Shown piece after piece: positions 51,910 through 61,383 of a stretch of DNA of 64,000 nt. The stretch comes from an uncultured Gemmatimonadales bacterium (GTDB lineage: Bacteria; Gemmatimonadota; Gemmatimonadetes; Gemmatimonadales; GWC2-71-9). The position numbers and the translations under genes are program-made. The notes under the pieces are model-generated. The model saw only the letters and a list, made by a program, of their open reading frames with translations, ran no database searches and was not told the origin of the DNA. The first letter of the stretch is position 1; the number at the start of each line of letters is the position of its first letter. The stretch lies in assembly GCA_963771275.1 (NCBI GenBank), contig CAVYSW010000003.1, positions 1,248,001-1,312,000 on the forward strand, given 5' to 3'.

Positions 51910-53184
51910 CTACAACAGCCCAACCCGGTGCGCCCGCCCGATCGCCGCGATCCGCTCGGCCGGCACCCCGGCCTGGTTCGCGAGCTCGGGCCAGCGGCGC
52001 ACGGCGTCGCCCACCCGCTCGAGCACGCCCGCCCCGTCGCGCCGGAGCCCGATCGCGGCGCCGAGCGCGAGCAGGTCCGCCCGCGTGAAGCCGTCGGCCT
52101 TGCCACGCAGCGTGAGCTGGTGCGCGCGGGTGAACCCCGAGCCCCGCGCGAACGTGAGATCGTACGCCGGCGCGAGCCGCCACGCGCCGTCCCGGTCCAT
52201 CAGGAAGGCGAAGTTCTTGACGTGGTCATCCTGGTTCACGGCCACTACGTTGAACACCGCGCGACGGTACGCCTCCTCCAGCGCGGCGGGCGGGAGCCCC
52301 AGCTCCAGGCAGACGCGGAGATACTGCTCGTACGAGTAGGTCTGCGGCGCGTTGTAGTCCGCGTGCTCCAGTCCGCCGAGCGTGTGGAGGTGGATCCGCC
52401 CCGCCGCCGTGCGGTCGAACCGGCGCGAGAGAAAGTGCGCCAGCCGGCGCTCGGTGAGCAGCTGTGTCTCGGTGGTCTCGAGACCCGCGGCGCGCGCCAT
52501 GGCGTTGTAGGCGTACTCGATCCGGTTGTAGGGCTGCGACCGGGGGTTGGGGTGCTCCAGCTCGCCCACGCCGTCGAACTTGATGACCCAGGGCTCGTCA
52601 CCGGGGCGTGGGGTGGCGAAGCCGCTCCGCACCTCGTCGGTGGCGCGGTTCCACAGGATCACCGCCTTGGGCCGCGCGCCGCCGGCCGAGGCGCCGAGCT
52701 GCATGATCTCGGGCAGGGCCACGTCGCGGCGGCCCTCCACCACGCGCCGCGCCTCGCGCACGAGCCGCTGGAGCTCGAGCGCCTGCTCGGTGGCGGGCGT
52801 CGCGGGCAGGTCCGCGGGCGGCTCGAACTCCAGCGCCCCCATGGCGCGACGGCCGACGTAGAGCAGCCGCTGCACGGGGCTGAGCGCCGCGTCGGGCCGG
52901 CCCAGCCGCTCGAAGTACGCCTTGATCACCGCGTTCCCGAAGCGGTCGGGCAGCGCGTCGGCCAGCACGCCGGGCAGACCCTGGAACGCCTCGAGCCGCG
53001 CGAGCTCGGGAAACACGCTGGGCCCCACGCGGCTCAACGGCAGATGGCGCGGCGAGATCTCCCAGCCCGCGCGCGCGAACGCGGGGTCGTACTCGAAGAT
53101 CACCTGGCCCGACCCGTCTTCCGCCACGGCCCCGACCCGGCGCTCCCACAGCCGCACTTCCGCGACGACGGGCTCAGCCGCCAT
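51910..53184 (-). CDS. hipA: HipA family toxin kinase
   Basis: DALPDRFG, SAGGARPKA, WVIKFD, RRFDR, NQDDHVKNFAF, LAPAYDL. Confidence 0.93.
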   Translation of the reverse strand: MAAEPVVAEVRLWERRVGAVAEDGSGQVIFEYDPAFARAGWEISPRHLPLSRVGPSVFPELARLEAFQGLPGVLADALPDRFGNAVIKAYFERLGRPDAALSPVQRLLYVGRRAMGALEFEPPADLPATPATEQALELQRLVREARRVVEGRRDVALPEIMQLGASAGGARPKAVILWNRATDEVRSGFATPRPGDEPWVIKFDGVGELEHPNPRSQPYNRIEYAYNAMARAAGLETTETQLLTERRLAHFLSRRFDRTAAGRIHLHTLGGLEHADYNAPQTYSYEQYLRVCLELGLPPAALEEAYRRAVFNVVAVNQDDHVKNFAFLMDRDGAWRLAPAYDLTFARGSGFTRAHQLTLRGKADGFTRADLLALGAAIGLRRDGAGVLERVGDAVRRWPELANQAGVPAERIAAIGRAHRVGLL

Positions 53185-53495
53185 CAGGGACGGACCCGCG
53201 CGCGCCGGCGCGGCGGACGACGGCGCGCGTCGAGCAGGGCGAGCGGCGACAGCACCGGCTCCGGCAGAAACGCGTCGAGCTGCTCGAGACGGTCGAGCGC
53301 GCGCAGCACGCGGAGCAGCGTCTCCAGCGTGACGTTCCGCCCGCGCTCGGCGTTCTGCAGCGTCAGCGCGGTGATGCCGGCCCGATCGGCGAGCACGCGG
53401 ATCGGCAGGTTGCGCTGGAGCCGGTACGCCCGCAACCGGCGGCCCAGCTCGGCCAGGATCTCCGGATCGGACAGGGCAGACGTGATGGGCGGCAT
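53184..53495 (-). CDS. XRE-family HTH antitoxin (HipB-like)
   Basis: LG.RLRAYRL..N.....LA.RAGI...TL..AERG..TLETLLRVL; coupled to hipA. Confidence 0.88.
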   Translation of the reverse strand: MPPITSALSDPEILAELGRRLRAYRLQRNLPIRVLADRAGITALTLQNAERGRNVTLETLLRVLRALDRLEQLDAFLPEPVLSPLALLDARRRPPRRRARVRP

Positions 53496-53520
53496 GGCAG
53501 GTCCGTCTCAGTTGAGACAG

Positions 53521-53578
53521 TGAATCAATAAAGCATATGTTATACCATGTCAACTGGTATTAGATATGTTATAATGAG
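53521..53578 (-). promoter_or_regulatory. AT-rich hipBA promoter/operator
   Basis: TTGACA on minus (53548-53553) flanked by two copies of ATATGTTATA (53535, 53564). Confidence 0.65.
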
Positions 53579-53717
53579 TCAGGCATGTCGGCGCCGGTTG
53601 GACGCGGGGCGGTGCGACCGGAGTGGGGCAGGGTCGCGCCGCCGGGGCACTCGCTGCCGAGGGCCCGTGAGGGGGAGGAATGGGTTGGAGGCTACGCCCC
53701 GGGGGTGGGGGAGTTAC

Positions 53718-53954
53718 CTACTTCGCGGTGCCCCTCGGCTTCACCCTACCGTCCACGATCCGGCGGCCGAATTCCAGGCAGCGCGCGACGGCGACTTCCT
53801 CGCTGGGGTAGGTATTGGGCGCGCGGCAGCGCCGGACTCCCGTGAGACGGCCCGCCGGGGTGATGTGCACTTCGAGCGTCCAGCCGGCCGGTTGGCGCCG
53901 GAGCTTGGTGTTGGACTCGATCACGAAGCCGTTGTACTCGATGCGGTTGGTCAT
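53718..53954 (-). CDS. Small hypothetical protein (HlyU/CV_2116-like pattern)
   Basis: IEYNGFVI...W...V.I.....TYPSEE.A....EFGRRIVDG; G-rich SD. Confidence 0.6.
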   Translation of the reverse strand: MTNRIEYNGFVIESNTKLRRQPAGWTLEVHITPAGRLTGVRRCRAPNTYPSEEVAVARCLEFGRRIVDGRVKPRGTAK

Positions 53955-54067
53955 TGCCCCCCCGGGGATGGTCACTGATGCCGCCGCCTTCGCGGACTCG
54001 AGCCCGCTCCGCGGCGCGCCTCGGCGCTCCTGTCTGGTCTGACTGCTCGCTCTTGGTCGGCCTCCCG

Positions 54068-54400
54068 CTACGCCCGGCGGCGGACGGCTTGCCGCGTCTT
54101 GGCCGTGCTGTGCGCCCGCTTCCCTGCCGCGCGGAACACGTGGGTCTCGAGCCAGCGCACGAACACACGATCCAGCTCGTCCTGCGACTGGCCCGGCCGG
54201 CACGGTGCGACCTCCCACCGCGTCCCGGCGCCCATAAGCCACCACGCCGGTGCGGTGGCTACCTGCCCGCGCTTTTCGTTGGCCGGCTGCCCGTCGTACG
54301 ACACGAAGTGGAACTCGCGGCCCCGATGGGTGAGACGCCGCTGCTCGACGATGTGCTTTCCCGGCCGGGGTACGGCGCCGGCGCCCGCGACGCGCGTCAC
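54068..54400 (-). CDS. Hypothetical protein
   Basis: EQRRL.HRGREFHFVSYDG..W.LM.AG.RW segment is protein-like; start uncertain. Confidence 0.55.
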   Translation of the reverse strand: MTRVAGAGAVPRPGKHIVEQRRLTHRGREFHFVSYDGQPANEKRGQVATAPAWWLMGAGTRWEVAPCRPGQSQDELDRVFVRWLETHVFRAAGKRAHSTAKTRQAVRRRA

Positions 54401-54660
54401 CTGAGGCCGCCCGCTGCGTGCTTCGTGGGGAAGGTCGAAGCGCCGGAAAGGGGGCGCGGGCTCAGCGGTCGACCCCGGACTGGGGCGACAGAATGGCGCG
54501 GTGCAGTGGCTGACGCATCATGAATTGTAACCAGGGTGTCAAATGCCGACCCCGGCCCGGCGCCAAGCAGGTGTTGGCGGGGCAACGAGTTGACCCCCTC
54601 CGGCATGCCGCAGGCGGGCCGGCTTGAAGTCGAGGCCCACGGGGAGCTACTGTTGCGGCG

Positions 54661-54978
54661 ATGGGGATCCTGCTCCTGTTGATCGGCCTCGTCGCCGCGG
54701 GCTCGGGCGCCACCAAGCTCAGGGCGCGGGCCCGCGACCGGTACGGCCTCGCCCCACTCGCGCTCGTCGAGGTGACGCTGGGCGCGATCCTGATTCTCGG
54801 GTCGGCCGCGGGACTTGCGCGGGCCCGCCCGCTGGCGTGGACGGCCGTGGTGGCGGCGGTGACGGCGATCGCCGTTTCATCCGTCGTGCATCTCCGGCGG
54901 GCCCTCCGCGAGCAGGTGCGCCGCGCCGCATCGGAGGACGCCCGACTCCGGCAATACCTCGGACTCCCGCTGCGGTGA
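54661..54978 (+). CDS. Three-TM hypothetical membrane protein
   Basis: Three hydrophobic helices. Confidence 0.65.
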   Translation: MGILLLLIGLVAAGSGATKLRARARDRYGLAPLALVEVTLGAILILGSAAGLARARPLAWTAVVAAVTAIAVSSVVHLRRALREQVRRAASEDARLRQYLGLPLR

Positions 54979-55223
54979 TCGAGCCGCCTCGGATGGCGCC
55001 CGACAGCGGCGTCTACAGTCGCGGCTTCGTGTCCCTGGAGGGCGATCAACTCATGATCGCCGGGCAGATCAGCTTCCCCGAGCGGACGTTCGACTTTCGG
55101 AACACGTTGGCGTTCACCGCCGACGGGAAGATGACCGACCGGTGGTTCCAGAACGCGTTCGGGTCGTGGCGGGCGGGCCAGGTGATCGAGCTGACCGCCG
55201 GCCCGCCGGAAGAGCGTGACTGA
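54975..55223 (+). CDS. Short hypothetical protein, possibly a C-terminal fragment
   Basis: GTGA overlap with the upstream stop; beta-rich sequence with host-like codon pattern. Confidence 0.4.
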   Translation: MIEPPRMAPDSGVYSRGFVSLEGDQLMIAGQISFPERTFDFRNTLAFTADGKMTDRWFQNAFGSWRAGQVIELTAGPPEERD

Positions 55224-55231
55224 TCCGCGGG

Positions 55232-56561
55232 CTACCGTATCCGACCGGGTGTCACCACCACAGCCAGGGTGTCGGTCGTCGGAGCCCCCGTCAGAAAGAC
55301 GAGTGTGGTATCGACAGATCCCGGCCTCGCTGGCGTGGTCGAGGGAGCGGTCGCCGGCTTCATGATGTGAAACTCCACGGGCTGCCGGAGCCGCACCGCC
55401 CGCGGCACTCCGCCCGCCATCGCGGGACGGAAGCGCAAGCTCTTCGCCACGTCGACGGCCGGTCGCTCGAACGCCTTGTGGGTGCTGCTGATCACCACAA
55501 TCGAGGCCGAGTCGACCAGGCCCGCCGCGTCCACCACGAACTCCACCATTACTTGACCCTCGATGCGCGGCTGCTCGCAGCAGCGGGGGATACGTAACGG
55601 TCCGCCGCTCAGGCGGCTGGGTGGCACATCGACCTGGGACTCGGCGAGTACCACGCCGGCGGCCCGGTCGGCGACGGGGAGCGGCGTCTCGCAGGCGAGC
55701 ACGACGAGCACGGTGCCGACGCCGGCGCCGAGCAGGGCGCGGAGCCGTCGCGTGCGCGATGGGACGGGCGTCATGTGATCGATCCTCCGTGACAAGAGAG
55801 ACGGGCGGGCGGAGAGCGCGATGGCGAGACGGCGGATCGGGGCGCGGCGCGCGACCTCGAGGAGCAGGGCGCCGTACGTTCCGGACGATCCACTCCCGGC
55901 GCGCAGCAGCCGATGATCGCAATCGAGCTCGACGCGTCCCGCAGGCGTGCACCTGCCACCAGATGGCCGGATTCCACGGGCACGCCACCGCCGCGAGCGC
56001 GGCGACGGTCAGGAGCCGGACGTCGCCGGTCTCCACGTGCTCGGCCTCATGGCGGACCGCGAGGCGACGCGCCTCGGTATCCAGTGCCGCCAGCCACGCG
56101 GGGAGGACGATCGTGGCGCGTTTGAGTCCACCCACGACCGCCGGACCCGAGTCGGCGGTCACGCACACCACGTGGCCATCGACTTCCCGCACCATGCCAT
56201 GAGCGGTTTCACGGCGCAGCGCTCGCTGTGCGAAGAGCAGGAGCAGCAGCACGACGGCGGATGCGGTCGCCCATGCCACGATCAGCGGCGTATCAAAGGA
56301 CGTGAGCCGCGGCGACGGATTCGGCACGGGCGCCGCGACGGCGCGCGCGGCGACCTGGACCGCGCCGGCGTCGCGCAGGGCCGCAGGCGGCGTCGCTGGT
56401 TGTCGCGCGAGGACCGGAAGCGTCAGTGACGTGGCGAGGGCCATGACCCAGACCCAGCGCGCCTGCCGGCGCGTCAGGCGGAGCGCCTGATCGAGCGCGA
56501 CTGCCGCACCACCCAGCAGCGCGGCGACCAGGGTTGCGTAGACCATCCAGGCGGCGATCAT
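55232..56561 (-). pseudogene. M56 (BlaR1-like) peptidase-TonB C-terminal fusion with several frameshifts
   Basis: GPAVVG, HEAEH zinc motif, PWNPAIWW; downstream YPPLLR / IEGQVMVEFVVD..G / FRPA...G.P..V...QPV pieces lie in different frames. May be assembly error. Confidence 0.75.
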
Positions 56562-56934
56562 CGTTCCAGCTCCTTCAGGCGCTCGGTCAGGCGACCGCCG
56601 CATCCGGCGCAGCTCGTCGGGCGCGATACTCTCGTCGGACACGAGCCGTGCCACCAACAGCTCCCGCGATCCCTGGAACATCTTAGTCCACCAGCCGGCG
56701 GAGCGCGCCGTCGCCCGCGTCTTCGGGACGGGTGACGGGGTGGTAGCGGAACGCCCGCCCGTCGCGCTCATGGCGAACGTGACCCTTGGCCTCGAGGGTG
56801 CGGAAGATGGTGAGCACCGTGGAGTAGTGGAGATCGTCCGGCAGGCGTTCGACGACGTCGGCGACGGTGGCGGAGCCGAGCTCCCAGACCACCGCGATGA
56901 CGTCCAACTCGCGCCGGGTGAGCGATATCGGCAT
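56558..56934 (-). pseudogene. BlaI/MecI/CopY repressor, frameshifted near 56690
   Basis: LTRRELDV..V.WELGSATV, YSTVLT..RTLE.KG.V; continuation KMFQGSRELLVARLV is in another frame. Confidence 0.82.
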
Positions 56935-56944
56935 GAAACCTCAA

Positions 56945-56991
56945 CTATTACTTATGTAATAGATAGTATTGCCGCGGGGGAGTCCTGTCAA
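56945..56991 (-). promoter_or_regulatory. blaI promoter with palindromic operator
   Basis: TTGACA-17-TACTAT; CTATTAC-ttat-GTAATAG palindrome over the predicted start site, resembling TACA/TGTA BlaI boxes. Confidence 0.8.
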
Positions 56992-57063
56992 GCGTGACAG
57001 GAGCGGCGGGACCGGCAGCGGCGGCAGGTTGCGGTGCCCCTCGGCGCGCGCTAGCCATTCACC

Positions 57064-57330
57064 ATGTCTCGCGCGTTCGTCAATGAAAACGCCGACGGGC
57101 CGAAGCCCCGCTTCGTGCTACCCAAGCGCGACGACCCCGGCTACGACGAGGCGGCCGCCTGGGCGCTGCTGGAGGGGGCGAACGTCGGGGACTCGCACAG
57201 CGCGCAGCTGGCGACGGGCTACGAGTGGGGTGAGCCCAGGCTCCGGCCCCACGTGGTGCGGATCCTCGCCCAGGCGCGGGAGCAGGGCAACGAGCGGCTG
57301 GAGCAGCTGGCGGAGCGGTTTCTGCGCTGA
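57064..57330 (+). CDS. Small hypothetical protein
   Basis: MSRAFVNE start, helical protein-like sequence. Confidence 0.7.
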   Translation: MSRAFVNENADGPKPRFVLPKRDDPGYDEAAAWALLEGANVGDSHSAQLATGYEWGEPRLRPHVVRILAQAREQGNERLEQLAERFLR

Positions 57331-57339
57331 GCCGGGGGA

Positions 57340-57816
57340 TCAGAGCGCCTGCAGCGCGAGCACCGTCCCGATCGTTCCGAGCCAGAAGAGGAACATCCAC
57401 TTGATCAGCTCGGCCTTGAGGGAAGCCAGCTTCACATCGACCTCGGCGAAGCGCTGTTCCAGCTTCACATCGACCTCGGCGAAGCGCCGGTCCACCATTG
57501 CTTCGAGCACTGAGAACCGCCGCTCCCATTTCGCGTCGAGCGCCGAGAACTGCTGGCCCCAGCTTGATTGGAGCGCCGAAAAGCGCTGCTCCCAGTGCGT
57601 TTCAAACTCGGCGAACCGGCGCTCCAGCCGGGCGTCGGATTCGGCGAAACGCTGCTCCACCTTCGCGTCAAAACGCGCGAAGTTGACCTCGTTCAGCTCA
57701 CGCAGCTCGAAGCGGTACGTCGCGTCCACCTGATTGAACCAGTCGACCAGCTCGTTGGCGATTTCGTCCCCGAAAGTGTCGTAGAACTTCCGGGACAGCT
57801 TGGCGGTGACCGGCAT
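57340..57816 (-). CDS. Coiled-coil protein with 11-aa repeats and C-terminal TM (DUF1640/CCDC90-like)
   Basis: (E/D)QRFAE.D.K 11-residue repeats; 28-nt exact repeat at 33-nt spacing (57426, 57459); LIKWMFLFW.G. Confidence 0.8.
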   Translation of the reverse strand: MPVTAKLSRKFYDTFGDEIANELVDWFNQVDATYRFELRELNEVNFARFDAKVEQRFAESDARLERRFAEFETHWEQRFSALQSSWGQQFSALDAKWERRFSVLEAMVDRRFAEVDVKLEQRFAEVDVKLASLKAELIKWMFLFWLGTIGTVLALQAL

Positions 57817-57951
57817 CCTGGCTCCGGGAATGAGGCCGGCCACCATCCTAAGCTACGCTCGGCTCGGCCGAGCAGGCAAACGGCCGCCGGGGGGGCGCAA
57901 TCCGCCGCGTTGCCGGGGCTTGTGAGCGAACCGGCGGCGGGGTCGCGAGGA

Positions 57952-59838
57952 TCAGGAGCCGCTGGGCGTGACCGGCCTCAGGTACGTCTCCAGCTCCGCC
58001 GGCCCCGCGAGGGCGTCGAGCACCGTGAACAGGGCACTCAGGTCGCGCCGGCCGATCCGCGCGGGGTCCGTGACGTCCTCGCTCAGCAGATCGCCCGCCA
58101 TGAACCGGCCGAGGTAGTAGTAGGCGCGCCACTGCGCCCCGTCGAAGAACTGGTCGGCCGTGGTTTCGTGCGGGAACGCGGGGTGGGCGGTTTTGTAGCG
58201 GAAGCTCTCGCTGTCCACGGTCTTGGGGGTCTGCGGCGCGCGGAGCGACGACTTGACGTAGACCAGCAGGCCGCGCCAGCCGCGCTGCTCGTTTCCCAGC
58301 TCGCGCACGTCCGCCACCGCGAAGTGGGCGCGCGAGAAGCCGGCCGACGGCTCGGGCCGGACGACGCGCTCGGGGTCCTGGCGGAACCGGATCACGAGAT
58401 GGAGCTCCTGCCGAGCGCGGATCACGAGGTTCTTGAGGTCGGCGAACTCGTACGCCGGGTCCGCGCCGGCGTCGAGCGCCACGATCAGCCGGCAGCGCCG
58501 GCGGAGCAGCTCGTAGACGCCGAGGTTCTCGATATTGCCGCCGTCGGATACGCTGACCCGCGCGCGGCCCGCATGCGTGCGGTTCAGCAGATCGAGCAGG
58601 TGGTAGTACGGCCACCACGGGAGCGCGGCGAGCCAGCGCGGTCCCGTGAACCCGGGGTTCCGCGCCCAGTAGCCGGTGCGGATGTCGAGCAGCGTCATCA
58701 GCGCGGCGAGCGGCTGGCCGCTCCGCGTCCCCATGGCGGGATTGAGCGCCGCGCCGGAGCACGCCAGCGCGGTGGCGAGTGTCAGGCCGCGGTACAGCTC
58801 GGCGGTGTGCGCGTAGCCGACGCGCTCGGCGCCGCAGTGGTCGGGCGAGAACAGGAAGTAGTCGCTGTGCTTGGTGCCCGCGAGTGTTCCGGATCCGGCG
58901 CCCAGCAAATTGAGGCACGCGTTCACCAGGGGATACGGCGCGTCACGCGGCGGCTCGAAGCCGAGGTCCGCGAGGCGGCGCCGGAGGGCACGCGGGCTCG
59001 CCGTCTCGAGGTACGCCTCCGCCACGCGGTCGCGGTAGAAGCGGTGCAGCGTGAGCACGTTGGGGTTGGCGAAGCAGCCGGCGACGAGCAGCACGACCGC
59101 GGCAGCGGCGGCGATCGGCCCCGCGAGCGCGAGGTCCACCCCGACGGCGCCGAGCAACGCCGGCGGCGCGAGGGCGAGCGCGACGGCGAGCAGCACGCCC
59201 TCGATCCGGTTCAAGACGTTGGACGACCAGAGCCGGAGCCACGCGAGCGGGTGGAGGAAGAAGTGGTATGCCAGGACGGCGCCCGCGGCGATCGCGAGCC
59301 ACGTGTATGCGTCGTGCAGGCCGGCGGCATCGAGCAGCCGGCCGAGCAGCCAGGCCGGACCCGCCACCAGCAGGGCGAGAAGCGCCGCGACCCACACCCA
59401 GTTCATCACGAGACTCGCGACCAGCGCGCCGATCAGACGGATGAGATTCCAGAGGCGGCGCCCCCCCGAGCCCGGCGCCAGGTAGCGGCCGTAGTCCAGC
59501 AGGCGTGTGCGGTCGCCGTCCTTGAACAGCGCGGCGAACGGATCGGCCGCGTCGTGCTGGTCCCGCAGCCGCGCGTGCACGTAGCCCCCGAGGTAGCCGC
59601 CGCCCGAAACCGTGGACAGGTAGTCGGCCAGCCGCAGCAGCCCGAACTGGTTCAGCACCTGGAGGAACCCGTAGGCCATGGTGGCCGCCCGGACCCCGCC
59701 CCCCGAGAGGGCGATACCGAACAGGTTGCCCGCATCCCGGAGCCACGACTCGTCGGGATGGGACGCGCGGCGCCGCTCGCGCAGCGCCGCGATCACGCGG
59801 GCCTCGTGGTCGAGCACGGCGGAGCGATCGAGGCTCAT
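57952..59838 (-). CDS. Membrane-embedded patatin/cPLA2-like phospholipase
   Basis: GIALSGGGVRAA, STVSGGGY, TM insert, SGAA.NP.MG, SDGGNIENLG, FPHETTADQFF. Confidence 0.88.
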   Translation of the reverse strand: MSLDRSAVLDHEARVIAALRERRRASHPDESWLRDAGNLFGIALSGGGVRAATMAYGFLQVLNQFGLLRLADYLSTVSGGGYLGGYVHARLRDQHDAADPFAALFKDGDRTRLLDYGRYLAPGSGGRRLWNLIRLIGALVASLVMNWVWVAALLALLVAGPAWLLGRLLDAAGLHDAYTWLAIAAGAVLAYHFFLHPLAWLRLWSSNVLNRIEGVLLAVALALAPPALLGAVGVDLALAGPIAAAAAVVLLVAGCFANPNVLTLHRFYRDRVAEAYLETASPRALRRRLADLGFEPPRDAPYPLVNACLNLLGAGSGTLAGTKHSDYFLFSPDHCGAERVGYAHTAELYRGLTLATALACSGAALNPAMGTRSGQPLAALMTLLDIRTGYWARNPGFTGPRWLAALPWWPYYHLLDLLNRTHAGRARVSVSDGGNIENLGVYELLRRRCRLIVALDAGADPAYEFADLKNLVIRARQELHLVIRFRQDPERVVRPEPSAGFSRAHFAVADVRELGNEQRGWRGLLVYVKSSLRAPQTPKTVDSESFRYKTAHPAFPHETTADQFFDGAQWRAYYYLGRFMAGDLLSEDVTDPARIGRRDLSALFTVLDALAGPAELETYLRPVTPSGS

Positions 59839-60896
59839 GGGATCCGGAGCGGGATGGTACCGAACCCGAGGTCGATGCCGAAGGTCGCGATGAGCCGCGA
59901 GCCGGGGCCGTCGGTGTCGGTGCCGATGGCCGCCGTGAGGTATCCCACGGCGGGGAGCCGGTACTCGAAGTTGCCGGTGAGCCGGCAGCCGGGCCGCTCG
60001 CCGGTGGCCCACCCGTCGCCGAACCGGCCGAGCAGCTCGCCCGAAACGACGAGGTCGTCGATGCGCCATGCGAGCCGCCCACCCAGTCCGATCAGATCGC
60101 GCGCGGTGGCGCGCTCGTGCTGGTAACGGGCGACGGCGACCAGGTCGAGCGCCGGGCGCGGCATGCGGTACATGACGGTGAGCCAGCCGCCCGCGAGCCC
60201 GACGCTGCCGGAATCGGTGCGATTGCCGGGGAAGTCGAGCGTCATCGCGCCCGCGGCCTCGATGATCCACCCGACCCGCTCGGTATCGAGCCGTTGGATC
60301 TCGAGCGCCGCCTCGGCGGCTCGGGCGTCGAGCGTGTCGAGCTGCCGCTCCAGCCGCTCGCGCGTCGCGTCGTCCGTCGCCTCCTCGCGGTCGAGCGTGA
60401 CGCGGTTGGCGGCCGCCTGGATGGCTTGCAGCCCGCGCACCGCCTGGGCGAGCGTGGGGTGGGCGCGGCCCGCGAGCAGGAGCGTGCGGAGCCCGAGCCC
60501 CACCGCCGTGCCCGTGGCGGCGGTATCCCCCATCTGGCTCAGCGGGACGGTGGCGAGCGAGAGCGATGTGGTCTGCAGCATGCCCTGCAGGAACCCGGGC
60601 GCGTAGTACGACTCGAACGTCAGGCCGGGGTGCGGCGCCAGCCAGTAGGGCGCGAGCTCGAGCGCGTAGTCGTGGGGGAGGAGATCCTCCGCGCCGCTCG
60701 CCGCGAAAAGTGAGACGGCGAAAGCGCTCGGCGCCGTGGGGCGCTCGACCACCGACGGTGCCACGCCCAGCAGGATGAGCGCGGGCGCCGCCGGCGTGCG
60801 CAGCTGGCGCAGCGTGAGGCCGGTGGCGTCCTGCTGCGCGCCCGCGGGCATCGCCGCCACGAGTAGCAGCGCAATCGCGGCGAGGGCGCGCATCAT
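59835..60896 (-). CDS. Secreted hypothetical protein (barrel-like C-terminus, coiled-coil insert)
   Basis: Signal peptide AGA-QQ; PA..LLGVAP..VERP.P; alternating beta strands. Confidence 0.7.
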   Translation of the reverse strand: MMRALAAIALLLVAAMPAGAQQDATGLTLRQLRTPAAPALILLGVAPSVVERPTAPSAFAVSLFAASGAEDLLPHDYALELAPYWLAPHPGLTFESYYAPGFLQGMLQTTSLSLATVPLSQMGDTAATGTAVGLGLRTLLLAGRAHPTLAQAVRGLQAIQAAANRVTLDREEATDDATRERLERQLDTLDARAAEAALEIQRLDTERVGWIIEAAGAMTLDFPGNRTDSGSVGLAGGWLTVMYRMPRPALDLVAVARYQHERATARDLIGLGGRLAWRIDDLVVSGELLGRFGDGWATGERPGCRLTGNFEYRLPAVGYLTAAIGTDTDGPGSRLIATFGIDLGFGTIPLRIP

Positions 60897-61243
60897 CCGA
60901 CGAAGTCGAACCGCGCGGTGTAGTGGATCGAGCCGCCTTCTTCCTCGACGTCCGCCGTGGTGTCAAACACGGCCGGTTCCGGCCCGCCCGACAGGACGTA
61001 GCGCACGGACGTGCGGTTGGTGAGCCGCTGCACGTCGGTCACGGTGGTCGCGACCCGGAGCCGCCGCCCGACGAGCGCGGGTCCGGCGCCGATCACGAGC
61101 ATGGCGATGGCGCCCGACGCGACGTCCTTGTCGTCGAGCCGGACGAGGGACGTGCCGATCTGGCCCTGGCCGACGACAATGCGGAGGGTCACGTCGGCGT
61201 CAGTCACGCGGTATTCACCCTGGAGGCGCTTCAGCCGAGGCAT
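60893..61243 (-). CDS. Small all-beta hypothetical protein
   Basis: Overlaps the next gene; TATGCT 6 nt before ATG. Confidence 0.65.
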   Translation of the reverse strand: MPRLKRLQGEYRVTDADVTLRIVVGQGQIGTSLVRLDDKDVASGAIAMLVIGAGPALVGRRLRVATTVTDVQRLTNRTSVRYVLSGGPEPAVFDTTADVEEEGGSIHYTARFDFVG

Positions 61244-61383
61244 GCGCCTAGCATACGCCCGGCCGCGGAATCCGGCCAGAGGACCTTGCAGGGCGGCCGG
61301 CAGCGTGCCATTGTGGCGAGCGGCAGGTCGGCGGCCCAGACACTCGACCACGCCACCGCGCAATCACACCAGGGGAGGGGTCC

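Noticed and set aside
57064..57330. GreA/GreB factor suggested by the MSRAFV start
   Set aside because: Too short and lacks the coiled-coil acidic tip and C-terminal domain.
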